Shown here in pieces: positions 26,113-41,128 of a stretch of DNA of 64,000 bases (positions within the stretch are counted from its first letter, which is position 1; each line of letters starts with the position of its first letter). The stretch lies in the NCBI GenBank assembly GCA_964016885.1, contig OZ024765.1:8370001-8434000 (forward strand), written 5' to 3'. The translations under genes were made by a program, and so were the position numbers. A model generated the notes under the pieces. That model saw only the letters and a list, made by a program, of their open reading frames with translations. It did not search any database and was not told where the DNA came from. This stretch comes from Eledone cirrhosa (Eukaryota).

Positions 26113-26685
26113 TATGAAGAGAGAAGAAACATTTAGATATAATTAGTAATAAAATGTATCATACCTAAACTGCCCCTAAATTCCTCGACTACGTAGTTTC
26201 GTGGCATAAACAAAAACAATATATCAAAGATATAGAGTCCTTGCGAGGTCTGCCGACTTATCAAGAGGATACCTCATTTTACTAGTCTCAAGAACGCGTC
26301 TACACGACGTGAGAAAGAATCCCAAAAGGCGGAGGGGGAGACAGTCACGCGATATAACGGTCGAGAAACAGAGCTAAGCCTCTTATAACCACGAAGAAAA
26401 TACCACGGAGACGGAGGGGGTATTCATATCGAGGCCGGTTATTCTTCATTCTTCATATAGTTAAAGAATGAAGAATAACCTGGTCGGCTGTACAAAAAGG
26501 GTTTATTTACAGTATTAACAATTGTTTCATTAATCAGGTGAGTCTAAAAGTCACTGATAGCTAGAAATTACGTCACACGACCTTAATTAAAGTGTGCGCC
26601 TGATCAAATCATCGGAATACTGAAGTGTGTAACACATGGCATCGGAGAATAAAGTAAATGGAAACAATAACAACATATATATTAT

Positions 26686-27296
26686 ATATGGTGGCTGCCA
26701 ACTCGTTTTCGAGTACAGCCACTACTTTATATCCATGTAGGAGAACCCCTACCGATGCGCTGAACGAGTGTGACTTTTTAGTCCAGCCAGTGACTTGAAA
26801 ACTCTGGTACAAACACTACACTTGTGACAATTATTGACACATAGTGTTGGGCTCATGGTACCATGTGACGACAAGTGCAGAGAGATCTCCAGATATAAAG
26901 CAATGCCTGTGCCGTGAAGCTTTTATAGTGAGCAAAGGCACTGCACAAAGCCAGTCCCACTCTCTTAACCAAGATGATATTTACCAAAAAGAAGAACAAG
27001 TCAACATCATTGGATACCATCAGGGTTGCAGGTGTTATATCAGAGTTTTCCTTCTAGAATTCTGCCTTGACAAAGGCTAAGGGGTCATCTCTCCCGGTGA
27101 TTTTGGATGGCCATTGACTCTTAAGAGCTCCTTTGCCCTTTGACAGGTTTGGTTTTTAGTCCTGCAGGATGTCCAAAGTCACCCTCCTCACCAAAAAACC
27201 TTGGTGGGGTTACCAGTTTAGTCGCCAACGACCCGACCATGAGTCAGGTTGTACTGGGATACATGTTACCAGTAGCACCAATTGGTGACCTGGCAT
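26686..27296. mobile_element. About 610-bp dispersed repeat, copy 2
   Basis: Matches 7063-7677. Confidence 0.8.
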
Positions 27297-27309
27297 ATAC
27301 ATAAATATA

Positions 27310-28022
27310 TATAACTTTGATAGGTTTCGGCCAGTATTGCCCAGGCCATGTCTAACTTAATAGCACCACCTGGCGAATTCTTTCAAATCAGGATTTGGGC
27401 ACCATGGCCCACTCAAGAAGAGAGTTATTGTTTATGGTGGCTTATCCAGGATTTCTTGAAGGAATTTGTCTAAAGACTTCTTGAACTTGATGGGGGTCTG
27501 TTTCTGTTTTAATGTGTTTTGGTGTAATGTTAAAGAGAGCAGGGCCAATTGAGGTGAAATAATTGTGCCGTATTGTTATGAGATGCAAGTGAGATTTCTG
27601 TCGTGGGCGGATAGCACGGGGCCCAAGCCTTCGGTGTACATTAAAGGTGATGCCAACATCATTTGGGCAAAGCTGATGGAATAGAATAAAGGTTGAGCTT
27701 TTCTAATCAACTCCAATAGTCAAGGCCTGTCATGCCATCTATCTGTTTTGTAATTGATCTTTAGAGTGCTTCAACTTTCATGATACTTTGTTTCGTGTGG
27801 GGAGACCACAGTGGACTAGTTTTCAAGGTGGGGTCGGGCAAAAGTGGATAAGAGAAGGATAACAGTGTGGATATCTCTCGACTGGAAGGTTCTGAGAATC
27901 CAGGAACACATTCTGCGGGCCATGGCAACTTTGCTGTTTATATGAGTAGACCAGCTTATGTTGTTGTTCACAATTACTACCAGGCCTCTGATGTTGTTGG
28001 ATGCCACGAGAATCTCACCTGA
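27310..28022 (-). mobile_element. CR1/L2/Jockey-group LINE 3' fragment, decayed
   Basis: ISWSTHINSKVAMARRMCSWILRTF...LLSTFARPHLE, continuing with stops as LWSPH...LDYW. Confidence 0.8.
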
Positions 28023-29175
28023 AGGACCGTGACAAATGGAGAGATGATGTGCTGAATAGGACCCGTCCAACCCTTGCAAGCAGGGAATAGTGGACGTAAA
28101 ATGATGATATATATATATATTTATTAAAATAACAGATTAAAGTTTAAGCAAAGAATCGCTGCCTTCACCCTTAACGGGTTCTTCTGAAACTCTATGGGTG
28201 AAAGCAGCGATTCTTTGCTTAAACTTTAATCTGTTATTTAATAAATATTTGCTCTATGGTTCTTATATATTTGATATATATTTATCCTTATCGAACCCTC
28301 TTTGGATTTTAGTCTTCACATTTATTATTAAGTGGATTGGCAGTATTGGTAGAGGGTTCGACGCCAAGCATAGAGTTACGGCCCTTGCTATTCTGAGTTC
28401 AAATCCCGCCAAGGTTAACTTTGCCTTTCATCCTTACGGGGTTGATAAAATAAAGTACCAGTAATACACTGGGATAATTGCTGGCCTTGTGCCAAAGGTA
28501 GAAGCAATTAGTATTAGTATATATATATATAATAGTAAAAAAGAAAAAAAACAGTAAAAAATGCTAAAGGGATTTTCTCTCAGAATAACATCAAAATATT
28601 TATTTACAAAATAGGAATTCTCTCATTATTTTGTACTGGTTGAAGGGCGGTGAATTGGCAGTATCGGTAGAGGGTTGGATCCATGCTTTCTACCATAGTT
28701 ACGTCCCTTTATGGTCTGAGTTCAAATCTTGTCGAGGTTAACTTTGCCTTTCATCCTTACGGGGTTTAATAAAATAAATTACCAGTAATGTACTGGGTAA
28801 CAATTATTTTGTACTGGTTTCAGCTTATAGGCTTTTTCACACAATGGAAGTGTATAACGCAATTAAATTGCATATTAATAAGATAGGGGGAAAAAATTGT
28901 TTTACATACATACATATTTAGGGAGAAAAGTTCGCATTTTTGTCTGTAGTTTTCTTCCTTTCTCTCTTAGTGCTGACCTTAGCTGTCTTACTACCAACAG
29001 AGGGAGTAGCCAACTACTATAGCATTTTCTACTGTTTTTTTTTGCGTTTCATTTTTTCCATTTATCGTTTTCGGTGCACCCGGCCGATTAACCCACTCGA
29101 TATGCAAATTGTGCTACTCAGCCGTTAATATGCATAAGGTAAGTATATACGTTCAACAATCTGGCAGGAAGGTAT

Positions 29176-29218
29176 ACGTTGCTGACGATAGCTAATAAGC
29201 TTGAAACTAGTACAGCGT
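29176..29218 (+). ncRNA. Minimal type-I hammerhead ribozyme motif
   Basis: acgttg-CTGACGA-tagct aata agctt-GAAA-CTAG-TA-cagcgt; palindromic helix III ACTAGT; GUA cleavage triplet. Confidence 0.8.
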
Positions 29219-29689
29219 TCCTTTGTCAGTGTTGAACAAACGAGCAACGATGGTTGCTAGACACTACGGCTTAATACGGGATGTTTGTTTACAAACACAC
29301 CGAGCATTATAATAAATGTTCGGTGAATCCATACGTACATATATATATATGTGTGCATGTATGTATATATATATATACATACTACTGTACGTCTGTATAC
29401 ATATATGTATGTACATGTACATACTTATAAATATGTATATATATATATAAGGAATAATGATTCAGTGTTGCATCATAACATATTTAATAATATATTACAT
29501 ATGTTTCTCTATCGATCAGCTCGAGGCAAGATATATATGTGTGCATGTATGTATATATATATATACATATGTATACAGATGTACAGTAGTATATATATAT
29601 ATACATACTACTGTACATCTGTATACATATATGTATGTACATGTATATACTTATGAATATGTATATATATATATATATATATATAAGGA

Positions 29690-30160
29690 ATAAGGATTCA
29701 GTGTTGCATCATAATATTTAATAACATATTACATATGTTTCTCTACCGATCAGCTCGAGGCAAGATCTATTATAGATCGAACCTACCTGACTCTGTAATC
29801 GAAAGGTCATCAGATATGTTTAGTATATGAGTTCATCTCCGATTCTGTGTATTCAAACCTCTAGTTATTAGATATCTACAGCACATATTAGCATCCTGTT
29901 ATTTTAGGCCTAGAATGATGATGATGGGATAATTGAACCAATGATGTAAGGGGTGGACCTTTCCAGTATTCTCCATTTAATGGAGAATACTGTGCCATAT
30001 CTTTTAGGTTCCACATGTAGTTGGCAAGCTGTGTGATATGTTTTTTGTCAAGATGTCTGAAGATTGTTTTGTAATTTGGGAAACAGCTTTTGAACTGGCT
30101 CTCAGACATTCCTACCTTTGTTTTTGTTTTTGATAGAGTTACCTCCCTTTTCCTTACCAA
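29690..30160 (-). mobile_element. Penelope-like element 3' fragment (GIY-YIG remnant plus hammerhead); terminus partly duplicated at 29450-29533
   Basis: VGMSESQFKSCFPNYKTIFRHLDKKHITQLANYMWNLKD resembles PLE GIY-YIG helices; followed by a hammerhead motif. Confidence 0.7.
29723..29820 (-). ncRNA. Hammerhead motif with extended helix II
   Basis: aacatat-CTGATGA-(about 65-nt hairpin)-GAAA-CATATG-TA-atatgtt. Confidence 0.72.
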
Positions 30161-31688
30161 ATTTTATGGTATTTTTCGAATTATAGGATAATTTCCGGAT
30201 TACCTGTCCTTAGAACTCTCCAACAACAACAACAACAATTAAATTTGAATATAATTATTTTATTGAAACACATTGGAAATTAATTACATCAAATTATTAT
30301 TATTTTTATTACTATTATTATTATTATTATTATTGTAATTAATGAGGGTTGGGAGGGGCTAGAATGCTGGGTTAATTAGTAACTGCATTAAGACGGTTTT
30401 TTAATTAAAGCGGTAAATTTAAGGAAAAATTTAAAAACTACAATTTTCTCCAATTGTATGTGTGTGTATATATATATATGTATGTGTGTGTATATATATA
30501 TATATGTATGTGTGTGTATATATATATGTATGTGTGTGTGTGTGTATATATATATATACACATGTACATGTGTGTATATATATGTGTGTGTATATGTATG
30601 TGTGTGTGTGTCACGTATGTATGTATATGTATGTGTGTGTATATATATATATATACACATGTTTGTGTGTATATATACATGTATGTGTGTGTGTAAATAT
30701 ATGCATGTGTGTACATATATACACAGACATATATGTGTGTGTATACACATAGATTCATGTACAAACATACATGTACATATACACACGCATACATGTACAC
30801 ACACACACATTCATATACACACACTTATATGTACACACACACATATGTATATATATACACACACCCATATATATATACACACACCCATATATATACACAC
30901 ACATACAGGTACAAACAAATACATGTATATATATATAATATATATATACACACATATGTACACACACACAATCACCAAAATACACACAGACATATATATA
31001 TACATCATCATCATCATCATTTTGGAAGATGATGAAACGATGATGATGATGTATATATGTGTGTGTGTATGTGTAGTTTTGTGATTGTGCGGTAGTCTGT
31101 GTATGTACATGTATGTGTGTCTATATATATGTATGTGCGTACATGAATCTGTGTGTATATATACACATGCATACATATGTATATATATTTATGTGTGTGT
31201 GTGTGTGCGTGCGTATGTATGTGTGTGTAGTTTTGTCATGTGTGTGTGTGGATTGTGTGGTGTGTGTGTGATTGTGTGGTTATGTGTATGTGTGTGTGTA
31301 GTTTTGTGATTGTGTGGTTATGCGTGTGTGTGTGTGTAGTTTTGTGATTGTGTGGTTATGCGTGTGTGTGTGTAGTTTTGTGATTGTGTGGTTATGCGTG
31401 TGTATGTTTAGTTTTGTGATTGTGTGGTTATGTGTGTGCACGCGTGTGTATGTGTAGTTTTGTGATTGTGTGGTTATGTGTGTGCACGCGTGTGTATGTG
31501 TAGTTTTGTGAGTGTGTGGTTTTGTGTCTGTTATGATTCTTTAAGGGAAGATATTGTCTTACAAGCAAGTAAAAATGACTGTGAAGGGGTGAGTTTATAG
31601 ATCCAGCCAGAGGTAAGTTTGCATGGGTCTAACTTAGCATGGGTTGGACAGGTGTTTGAAATATTTAAGCAAATTTATTCAAACTTAT

Positions 31689-32191
31689 CTAAGGTTTAGG
31701 ATAGTTACATCCGCGTATAGATTGGTCCCAGACCAAAGACTCTGGACAATTCATGATATAGTAAGACTCGGAGGAAGTACACGCTATATATTTGGTTTTA
31801 TCAAGGGGATGAGGTAAAAGGTTGCCATAGCGTTGTGTTATAGCCGGACTACATAATTTGACTCTCGGATAACGTGTACAAGTTAGAGATTTCGAGTTAA
31901 AAAAGAGGGATTTTTGACAAGACATGATAAACATTTGACCAAACGCATCGCACTGCAGAAACTTAGCTTTATTACAAGGGTGTTGGAAATAGAATAAGGG
32001 TTTCTCTCTGGCTTCCTTTGTGCAAGGGTTCGCAATACAGCATTGTTCTGCAAAAAAGAAGGTAGCTGGGGAAGAGCAGGAACCGACAGTAAATTGCCCT
32101 ATGTTATCGCATTGGATGTATTGGCTTTTATTGCTGGGGATTTCGAATTTGTACAGACTTTTCTTGCGGTTTGCCTCTGTACATGATGAAG
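31689..32191 (-). CDS. VWA/chitin-binding protein, exon 6 (three CBM14/peritrophin-A-like repeats and stop)
   Basis: ttgcag| acceptor; SSCTEAN...QYIQCDNIG; NPCTKE...YFQHPCNKAKFLQCDAFG...C; LPHPLDKTKYIACT...CPESLVWDQSIRGC. Confidence 0.85.
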
Positions 32192-32205
32192 CTGCAAAAT
32201 AAAAG

Positions 32206-32249
<44 letters not shown>

Positions 32250-32337
32250 ATATATATATATATATATTTTATATATATATATATATTTAATATATATATA
32301 CATTTAATATATATATATATTAAATATATATATATTT

Positions 32338-32370
<33 letters not shown>

Positions 32371-32672
32371 CAAGGATATTAATAAATGGAAACTATATTT
32401 ATAAAACCATATTTATTTTATTATATATATTTCAAGGGTACCAAAACTTTGGTACGCTCTCATCAGATAAAATACAAAGTTTGTTTTAAAATAGTGACAT
32501 ATCCAGGAATGATACCTTAAGGGTTCAAGTTTCTCCTGGATATGTCAATATTTATAAAACAAACTTTGTATTTTATCTGATGAGAGCGTACCAAAGTTTT
32601 GGTACCCTTGAAATATATATAATAGAATAAATATGGTTTTATAAATATAGTTTCCATTTATTAATATCATTG
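32371..32672. mobile_element. Intronic fold-back element with two hammerhead motifs (32414-32474 minus, 32569-32629 plus)
   Basis: About 135-bp inverted arms; same family as 2330-2570, 56059-56337 and 57735-57875. Confidence 0.8.
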
Positions 32673-32699
32673 ATATTATATTCCAGAAAATCTGTCGAG

Positions 32700-32739
<40 letters not shown>

Positions 32740-32902
32740 ATGAGAAAGTTATATTACTAAATCCCTCAAAATTTTTGATAATTTTCAAAATCATTTCAAA
32801 ATTCCAGGCAATAGTATCTTTCATTAGAAATATGGTAACAGAATGTTTAGCGGGGAGTGGCTCTATATAGAATATTGTTTCAAAGAAAACCATTTTACTT
32901 AC

Positions 32903-33125
32903 TTGATGTCAGGGTAACATTGTAGCTGGAGTTACTGCAGTTGATATTTGTATTTTTCTTTGAGTAGATGGTAATGCTGAGCTTGTCACTGTTTGCCTGT
33001 TTCTGAGCCACTATTTTACCAATTTGACCATCGGTCACAGTTACCTTATAGGTGTAGTCAGCTATACTGGGGAAACTGTTATTCATTGCAGCATACACTG
33101 TGACTCCAGCGCAATTGACAGTCAC
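32903..33125 (-). CDS. VWA/chitin-binding protein, exon 5
   Basis: catag|GTG ACT...TCA A|gtaagt, 223 nt, phase-compatible with neighbours; VTVNCAGVTVYAAMNNSFPSIADYTY... Confidence 0.78.
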
Positions 33126-33585
33126 CTATGAACAACAATAAGATATGTATAAAACACACATTTACCAACAACAACAATAATATCATATGTATAAAACACA
33201 CACTTACCAACAGCAATAACATATGTATAAAATACACACCTACCAGCAACAATAACATGTATAAAACACACACCTACCAATAATAATAGCATGTATAAAA
33301 CACACGCTTGCCAACAACAACAATAATATCATATGTATAAAACACACAGCTATCAACAATAATAACATATGTATAAAACACAAACCTACCAACAACAATA
33401 GCATATGTATAAAACACACACTTGCCAACAACAACAATAATAACATGTATAAAACACACACCTACCAACAACAATAACATGTATGAAACACACAGCTACA
33501 AACAACAACAGTGTCAAAGTGACACAATATCAATTCAACAGTGCCACAGTGCCTCAGTGCCATAATGATATTCAGTCCAACTTAC

Positions 33586-33704
33586 CAGAATAGTGATGGA
33601 TGTTGTCTCGTTGTTGGTTGTGGTGACCACAGTTTGTATTTTTGTTCCATTATCTGGGACGTGCACATCAATAATTTCCTCATCCTCTTCAGTAACAATT
33701 GGAG
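33586..33704 (-). CDS. VWA/chitin-binding protein, exon 4
   Basis: ttgcag|CT CCA...ATT CTG|gtaagt, 119 nt; APIVTEEDEEIIDVHVPDNGTKIQTVVTTTNNETTSITIL. Confidence 0.75.
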
Positions 33705-33928
33705 CTGCAACACAACACAAACAGTACCAGTAATTATCATAGTAGACACTTAGCATAGACTTTACTGGGGAGGCTTAACAAGGAGATCCCTCTGTAATTG
33801 GAACAATCTTTCTTGTCTCACTTTTTGAAAATTGAGATTATCACTCCTGATCGCCATTGCTTAGGTACCCTTCTGGATATCTGGGCCACATGGCACACAT
33901 GTGTGTATATATATGTGTATATATGCAT

Positions 33929-33981
<53 letters not shown>

Positions 33982-34136
33982 TATATTTGGAAAAGATTGT
34001 TTTGGTAAAAACAGGAGTAAGCAGGAGAAAGTTCTCAACAATCTTATGATGGAGAATTTTATAAAAATAATAAAATAAGATGCTGAGGTTACCTATATCG
34101 TTTAATCATATATATATATATGTATGTGTGTGTATG

Positions 34137-34180
<44 letters not shown>

Positions 34181-34344
34181 CATGCATATATATGTGTGTA
34201 TGTGTATCTCAGGTTCAATTGGGGTTAACTACAGTAAGTAAGGTACTCAATACATAGTAGAGTATAAATGTTTAATATAGAAATGGCTTCTACAGGACTA
34301 CAACTGTTTCATTCGAAGGAAACAGTTCTAGACCTGTAGAAGCC

Positions 34345-34496
<152 letters not shown>

Positions 34497-34523
34497 GTAT
34501 GTATATATGTATGTATATATGTA

Positions 34524-34578
<55 letters not shown>

Positions 34579-34635
34579 GTATATATATATGTATATATAT
34601 ATGTATATATATATGTATATATGTATATATATATG

Positions 34636-34816
<181 letters not shown>

Positions 34817-34835
34817 GTGTATATATATGTATATA

Positions 34836-34884
<49 letters not shown>

Positions 34885-35272
34885 ATATATATATGTATAT
34901 ATATCCGGGGGGTGTAACTTGGAGTTACTGCAGGTTCACCCGGGTGAGCACTCGATGTTTAGGTTCACTTCTGTGTTGAGGTGTAGACCTATACAGAGTG
35001 TATTATAGTGAAATAATATAACAAGGACGATTGGTTACTCCTTCATTACGTTTATTGGTAGGGGACGCGTGTTTCGCCACTGATCAGCTCAAGGTTCGAT
35101 CTGTATTGATCTTACCCGACTCAATAATCGGCAGCTCGACGGACCCTCTTAAAATGCTATAAGAAAATGAAATACATGCTATGTGGTAAAGATAGAGGTT
35201 CAAGAGTTTGACAATATGAGTTGTTTTGATTGGTGGGCAGGATCAAAGGGATGTACTGGCCTGTAGTGTATG

Positions 35273-35322
<50 letters not shown>

Positions 35323-35357
35323 TATATGTATATATATATATATATATATACATATAC

Positions 35358-35395
<38 letters not shown>

Positions 35396-35449
35396 ATATA
35401 TGTATATATATACATATATATATGTATATATATATATATATATATATAC

Positions 35450-35489
<40 letters not shown>

Positions 35490-35556
35490 GTATATATATA
35501 TATATATATATACATATACATATGTATATATATATATATCTATATATCTATATATG

Positions 35557-35589
<33 letters not shown>

Positions 35590-35603
35590 GTATGTATACA
35601 TAC

Positions 35604-35735
<132 letters not shown>

Positions 35736-36071
35736 ATATATATACATATATATATATATATATAGGAAGGGCATCCAGCTGTAGAAATCAAGCCAGAATC
35801 AGTTCCCGTCCCACCCTTGCAAGCAGGGAAAAGCGGACGTAAAATGATGATGATGATGATATATATATATATGTATAAATAAATATATTTATATATAAAT
35901 AAATATATATATAAATAAATATATTCTTCTTCTTCGCCCACTTATTCCGAGGAGGGTCGTGGGGCATATATATATACAACAGGTTTCTGCATAGTTTATG
36001 TCTACCAATCACCAATCTACAATATCACACAATGAAACTAGAGAAATATTCAGATTATAATAGCCACATAC

Positions 36072-36629
36072 CTTTACAAGATTCTGATTGGATCTCCTTT
36101 ACAATAAAATCTATCTCATCATAATCTTTGAGGTTGATAAAATGTGTACAACTTGGTTCACTAGCTGAAGATTTTAGCTCAGACACTCTGGGGTTGACAA
36201 CTCCAATTGTGTAGATAATTATACCTTGATCCTTCAGTTTTTTGGCTGCTGCTACTGTTGCTGTCTCGTTATTTGACTTGCCATCAGTGACTAAGACTAA
36301 AACCTTTGAAGCTTTACCTTCTCTTAGGACAGTAAAACCACTAGTACGCGCTAAATCCAGAGCCAGATGTGTTGCAGTTCCCCCACCATTGTAACCTATT
36401 TTCTTCACAGCATTTACCACAGCAGATTTTGTGCTGTAACTGTTTAAAGCAAATGATACAACAGGACTGGAAGAAAATCTTATGACACCCACACGTGCCT
36501 GCTCTGCTCCAATATCCATAGCGGTTATGATGTTTACCAAGAATGTCAATGTCTTATTAAAGTTGCTTAGGCCAACGCTTCCAGAAGAATCAATCACAAA
36601 TACTAAATCCATTGCACTAGCAGAACAGT
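36072..36629 (-). CDS. VWA/chitin-binding protein, exon 3 (von Willebrand factor A domain)
   Basis: DLVFVIDSSGSV (MIDAS DxSxS)...GGGTAT...VLVLVTDGKS; ttccag| and |gtatgt boundaries, 558 nt. Confidence 0.93.
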
Positions 36630-37129
36630 CTGGAAATATATTTAAAAATAAAAATATAATGAAGTTAAAACAAAAAAAGAACCATATGTACTCATACTGT
36701 TTAGTAAACAGTGCACGCTATTGCAGTGCCAGATGTAATGAACTGTACTGCCAGATGTAATGAGCTGCTGTGCCAGATGTTATTAGGTGTGTCACACACA
36801 CTGGTGTAATGCCAGATGTAATGAGCTGCACTGCCAGATGAAATAACTGTTGTGTCTATCCATGTACTAATTACAACAAACTTAATCTAACCTGAAACAT
36901 ACCACACAAAATACAGTTACCCAATTAATTAAAATTAAAACTCAGCTACTATGTTAGTACTCAGACGACAAAGATCATCGGGCCACAATCCCCCTCAATA
37001 TCTTGTTTTTGTTGAATTGCAGCAACCAGGTAAATTGCTACCTTTACTTTGTGGTGTACCAAATATCTAATCCTGTCTTCAGTAAAACCTTCCATACCAG
37101 AGAACTTACAACAGAAGAGGAGCAGCGCT

Positions 37130-39790
37130 GCTGGCCTACACTGGTCCTCCAAACCTAGAAAGAGGCAGAACTCTAGGCCTACACTGGTCCTCTGAACCTA
37201 GAGAGAGGCAGAACTCTAGGCCTACACTGGTCCTCCGAACCTAGAGAGAGGCAGAATGCTAGGCCTACACTGGTCCTCCAAACCCAGAGAGAGGCAGAAC
37301 TCTAGGCCTACACTGGTACTCCAAACCTAGAGAGGGGCAGAACTCTAGGTCTACACTGGTCCTCTGAACCTAGAGAGAGGCAGAACTCTAGGCCTACACT
37401 GGTCCTCTGAACCTAGAGAGGGGCAGAACTCTAGGCCTGCACTGGTCCTCTGAACCTAGAGAGAGGCAGAACTCTAGGCCTACACTGGTACTCCAAACCT
37501 AGAGAGGAGCAGAACTCTAGGTCTACACTGGTCCTCTGAACCTAGAGAGAGGCAGAACTCTAGGCCTGCACTGGTCCTCTGAACCTAGAGAGAGGCAGAA
37601 CTCTAGGCCTACACTGGTCCTCTGAACCTAGAGAGGGGCAGAACTCTAGGCCTGCACTGGTCCTCTGAACCTAGAGAGAGGCAGAACTCTAGGCCTACAC
37701 TGGTCCTCTGAACCTAGAGAGAGGCAGAACTCTAGGCCTACACTGGTCCTCTGAACCTAGAGAGGGGCAGAACTCTAGGCCTACACTGGTCCTCTGAACC
37801 TAGAGAGAGGCAGAACTCTAGGCCTACACTGGTCCTCCAAACCTAGAGAGAGGCAGAACTCTAGGCCTACACTGGTACTCTGAACCTAGAGAGAGAGGCA
37901 GAACTCTAGGCCTACACTGGTCCTCCAAACCTAGAGAGAGGCAGAACTCTAGGCTTACACTGGTCCTCCAAACCTAGAGAGAGGCAGAACTCTAGGCCTA
38001 CACTGGTCCTCCAAACCTAGAGAGAGGCAGAACTCTAGGCTTACACTGGTCCTCCAAACCTAGAGAGAGGCAGAACTCTAGGCTTACACTGGTCCTCCAA
38101 ACCTAGAGAGAGGCAGAACTCTAGGCCTACACTGGTACTCTGAACCTAGAGAGGGGCAGAACTCTAGGCCTACACTGGTCCTCCAAACCTAGAGAGAGGC
38201 AGAACTCTAGGCCTACACTGGTACTCTGAACCTAGAGAGGGGCAGAACTCTAGGCCTACACTGGTCCTCCAAACCTAGAGAGAGGCAGAACTCTAGGCCT
38301 ACACTGGTCCTCTGAACCTAGAGAGAGGCAGAACTCTAGGCCTACACTGGTCCTCTGAACCTAGAGAGGGGGAGAACTCTAGGCCTACACTGGTCCTCTG
38401 AACCTAGAGAAAGGCAGAACTCTAGGCCTACACTGGTCCTCCGAACCTAGAGAGAGGCAGAACTCTAGGCCTACACTGGTCCTCCAAACCTAGAGAGGGG
38501 CAGAACTCTAGGCCTACACTGGTCCTCCAAACCTAGAGAGGGGCAGAACTCTAGGCCTACACTGGTCCTCCAAACCTAGAGAGGGGCAGAACTCTAGGCC
38601 TACACTGGTCCTCTGAACCTAGAGAGGGGCAGAACTCTAGGCCTGCACTGGTCCTCTGAACCTAGAGAGGGGCAGAACTCTAGGCCTGCACTGGTCCTCT
38701 GAACCTAGAGAGAGGCAGAACTCTAGGCCTACACTGGTCCTCTGAACCTAGAGAGAGGCAGAACTCTAGGCCTACACTGGTCCTCTGAACCTAGAGAGGG
38801 GCAGAACTCTAGGCCTACACTGGTCCTCTGAACCTAGAGAGAGGCAGAACTCTAGGCCTACACTGGTCCTCCAAACCTAGAGAGAGGCAGAACTCTAGGC
38901 CTACACTGGTACTCTGAACCTAGAGAGAGGGGCAGAACTCTAGGCCTACACTGGTCCTCTGAACCTAGAGAGAGGCAGAACTCTAGGCCTACACTGGTCC
39001 TCCAAACCTAGAGAGAGGCAGAACTCTAGGCTTACACTGGTCCTCCAAACCTAGAGAGAGGCAGAACTCTAGGCCTACACTGGTCCTCCAAACCTAGAGA
39101 GAGGCAGAACTCTAGGCTTACACTGGTCCTCCAAACCTAGAGAGAGGCAGAACTCTAGGCTTACACTGGTACTCCAAACCTAGAGAGAGGCAGAACTCTA
39201 GGCCTACACTGGTACTCTGAACCTAGAGAGGGGCAGAACTCTAGGCCTACACTGGTCCTCCAAACCTAGAGAGAGGCAGAACTCTAGGCCTACACTGGTC
39301 CTCTGAACCTAGAGAGAGGCAGAACTCTAGGCCTACACTGGTCCTCTGAACCTAGAGAGAGGAAGAACTCTAGGCCTACACTGGTCCTCTGAACCTAGAG
39401 AAAGGCAGAACTCTAGGCCTACACTGGTCCTCCGAACCTAGAGAGAGGCAGAACTCTAGGCCTACACTGGTCCTCCAAACCTAGAGAGGGGCAGAACTCT
39501 AGGCCTACACTGGTCCTCCAAACCTAGAGAGGGGCAGAACTCTAGGCCTACACTGGTCCTCCAAACCTAGATAGGGGCAGAACTCTAGGCCTACACTGGT
39601 CCTCTGAACCTAGAGAGGGGCAGAACTCTAGGCCTACACTGGTCCTCCAAACCTAGAGAGGGGCAGAACTCTAGGCCTACACTGGTCCTCTGAACCTAGA
39701 GAGGGGCAGACCTGTAGGCCTACACTGGTCCTCCAAACCTAGAGAGGGGCAGAACTCTAGGCCTACACTGGTACTCTGAACCTAGAGAGG
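37130..39790. repeat. 43-bp minisatellite (about 60 units), intronic
   Basis: Unit gaactctaggcctacactggtcctctgaacctagagagaggca. Confidence 0.95.
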
Positions 39791-40014
39791 TGTTCCAGAT
39801 AAATTGTTGGGGATCCATTCTTTTGGGAAAGTCTTGAGCAGGGTGTGATTTCTGGTGGGACGATATTGTGGGGAAGAAGGACTGGGTGTGGTGGTTAGTA
39901 TGGGTGATGAAAGGAAGAAGTGAAGAATAGATCTTCAGTGGGAGTTCTCAAGAGACAACGTTTGTGGAGAAGAAAGATTGGGTGTAGTGGTTAGTTTCAT
40001 CAACCCATACTTAC

Positions 40015-40303
40015 CAGAACTTTTCTCTAAATCATTTGCTGACTGTAAGAAGTCAGCCTTGGCCCCATCTGTTCTGATATTCGTGTACCAGTAATCTGCT
40101 TGATTAGATTTCGAAACAGGAATTGGACTTCCTATATTCATGATGAATAAACTCATCACTATACCAGAATAGAGGGGTATGTCAAGCTGTGATCCCAACA
40201 GCTGTGTTACATCAATAAAGAAATTGCCCTTTATTTCATTACATTTTGACTTAAGGGTCAATGTACACGCTTGTTTAACAGTTTTCAGTTGGTTTGTAGT
40301 TAC
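40015..40303 (-). CDS. VWA/chitin-binding protein, exon 2
   Basis: caatag|GTA ACT...TCT G|gtaagt, 289 nt; ...FFIDV...LDIPLYSGIVMSLFI...PIPVSKSNQADYWYTN. Confidence 0.8.
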
Positions 40304-40389
40304 CTATTGAAGAGAACAAGAATGAAGTATATGAGCAAGATATATTTTTCTCAAATTAAATAGTATCAAAATCTCATAGATTCGATATT

Positions 40390-40892
40390 ATGTAAGATAA
40401 TTATGTGAGATAAAGCCTTTGCTGTGAAAATACAATAGTATATATAGAGTAATGTAAATGTTATGTGAGGTATTATGTGAGGTAAAGCCTTTACTGTGAA
40501 AATACAATAGTATATATAGAGTAATGTAAATGTTATGTGAGATAAAGCCTTTACCATGAAAATGCAATAGTATATATAGAGTAATGTAAATGTTATGTAA
40601 GATAATTATATGAGATAAAGCCTTTGCTGTGAAAGTACAATAGTATATATAGAGTAATGTAAATGTTATGTGAGATATTATGTGAGGTAAAGCCTTTACT
40701 GTGAAAATACAATAGTATATATAGAGTAATATAAATGTTATGTGAGATATTATGTGAGGTAAAGCCTTTACTGTGAAAATACAATAGTATATATAGAGTA
40801 ATGTAAATGTTATGTGAGATATTATGTGAGGTAAAGCCTTTACTGTGAAAATACAATAGTATATATAGAGTAGTGTAAATGCTAAAGGATTA
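40390..40892. repeat. 72-bp minisatellite (family A), third locus
   Basis: Same unit; flank atcaaaatctcatagattc shared with 24238-24256. Confidence 0.9.
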
Positions 40893-41074
40893 ATGGTGAA
40901 ATATATTTCTTCAATGAAATATATACAAAGGAGATTATTCATTATTGCAAGATCTCTATATTCAAGGTTCTTGTTAATTTCTAATATGTTACCCCCGTAA
41001 ATATGTGTGTTTATACTCTTTACAAATTATCCCCTGTCAATGTTTGATATGTTTATTTTATATATATATATGTG

Positions 41075-41128
<54 letters not shown>

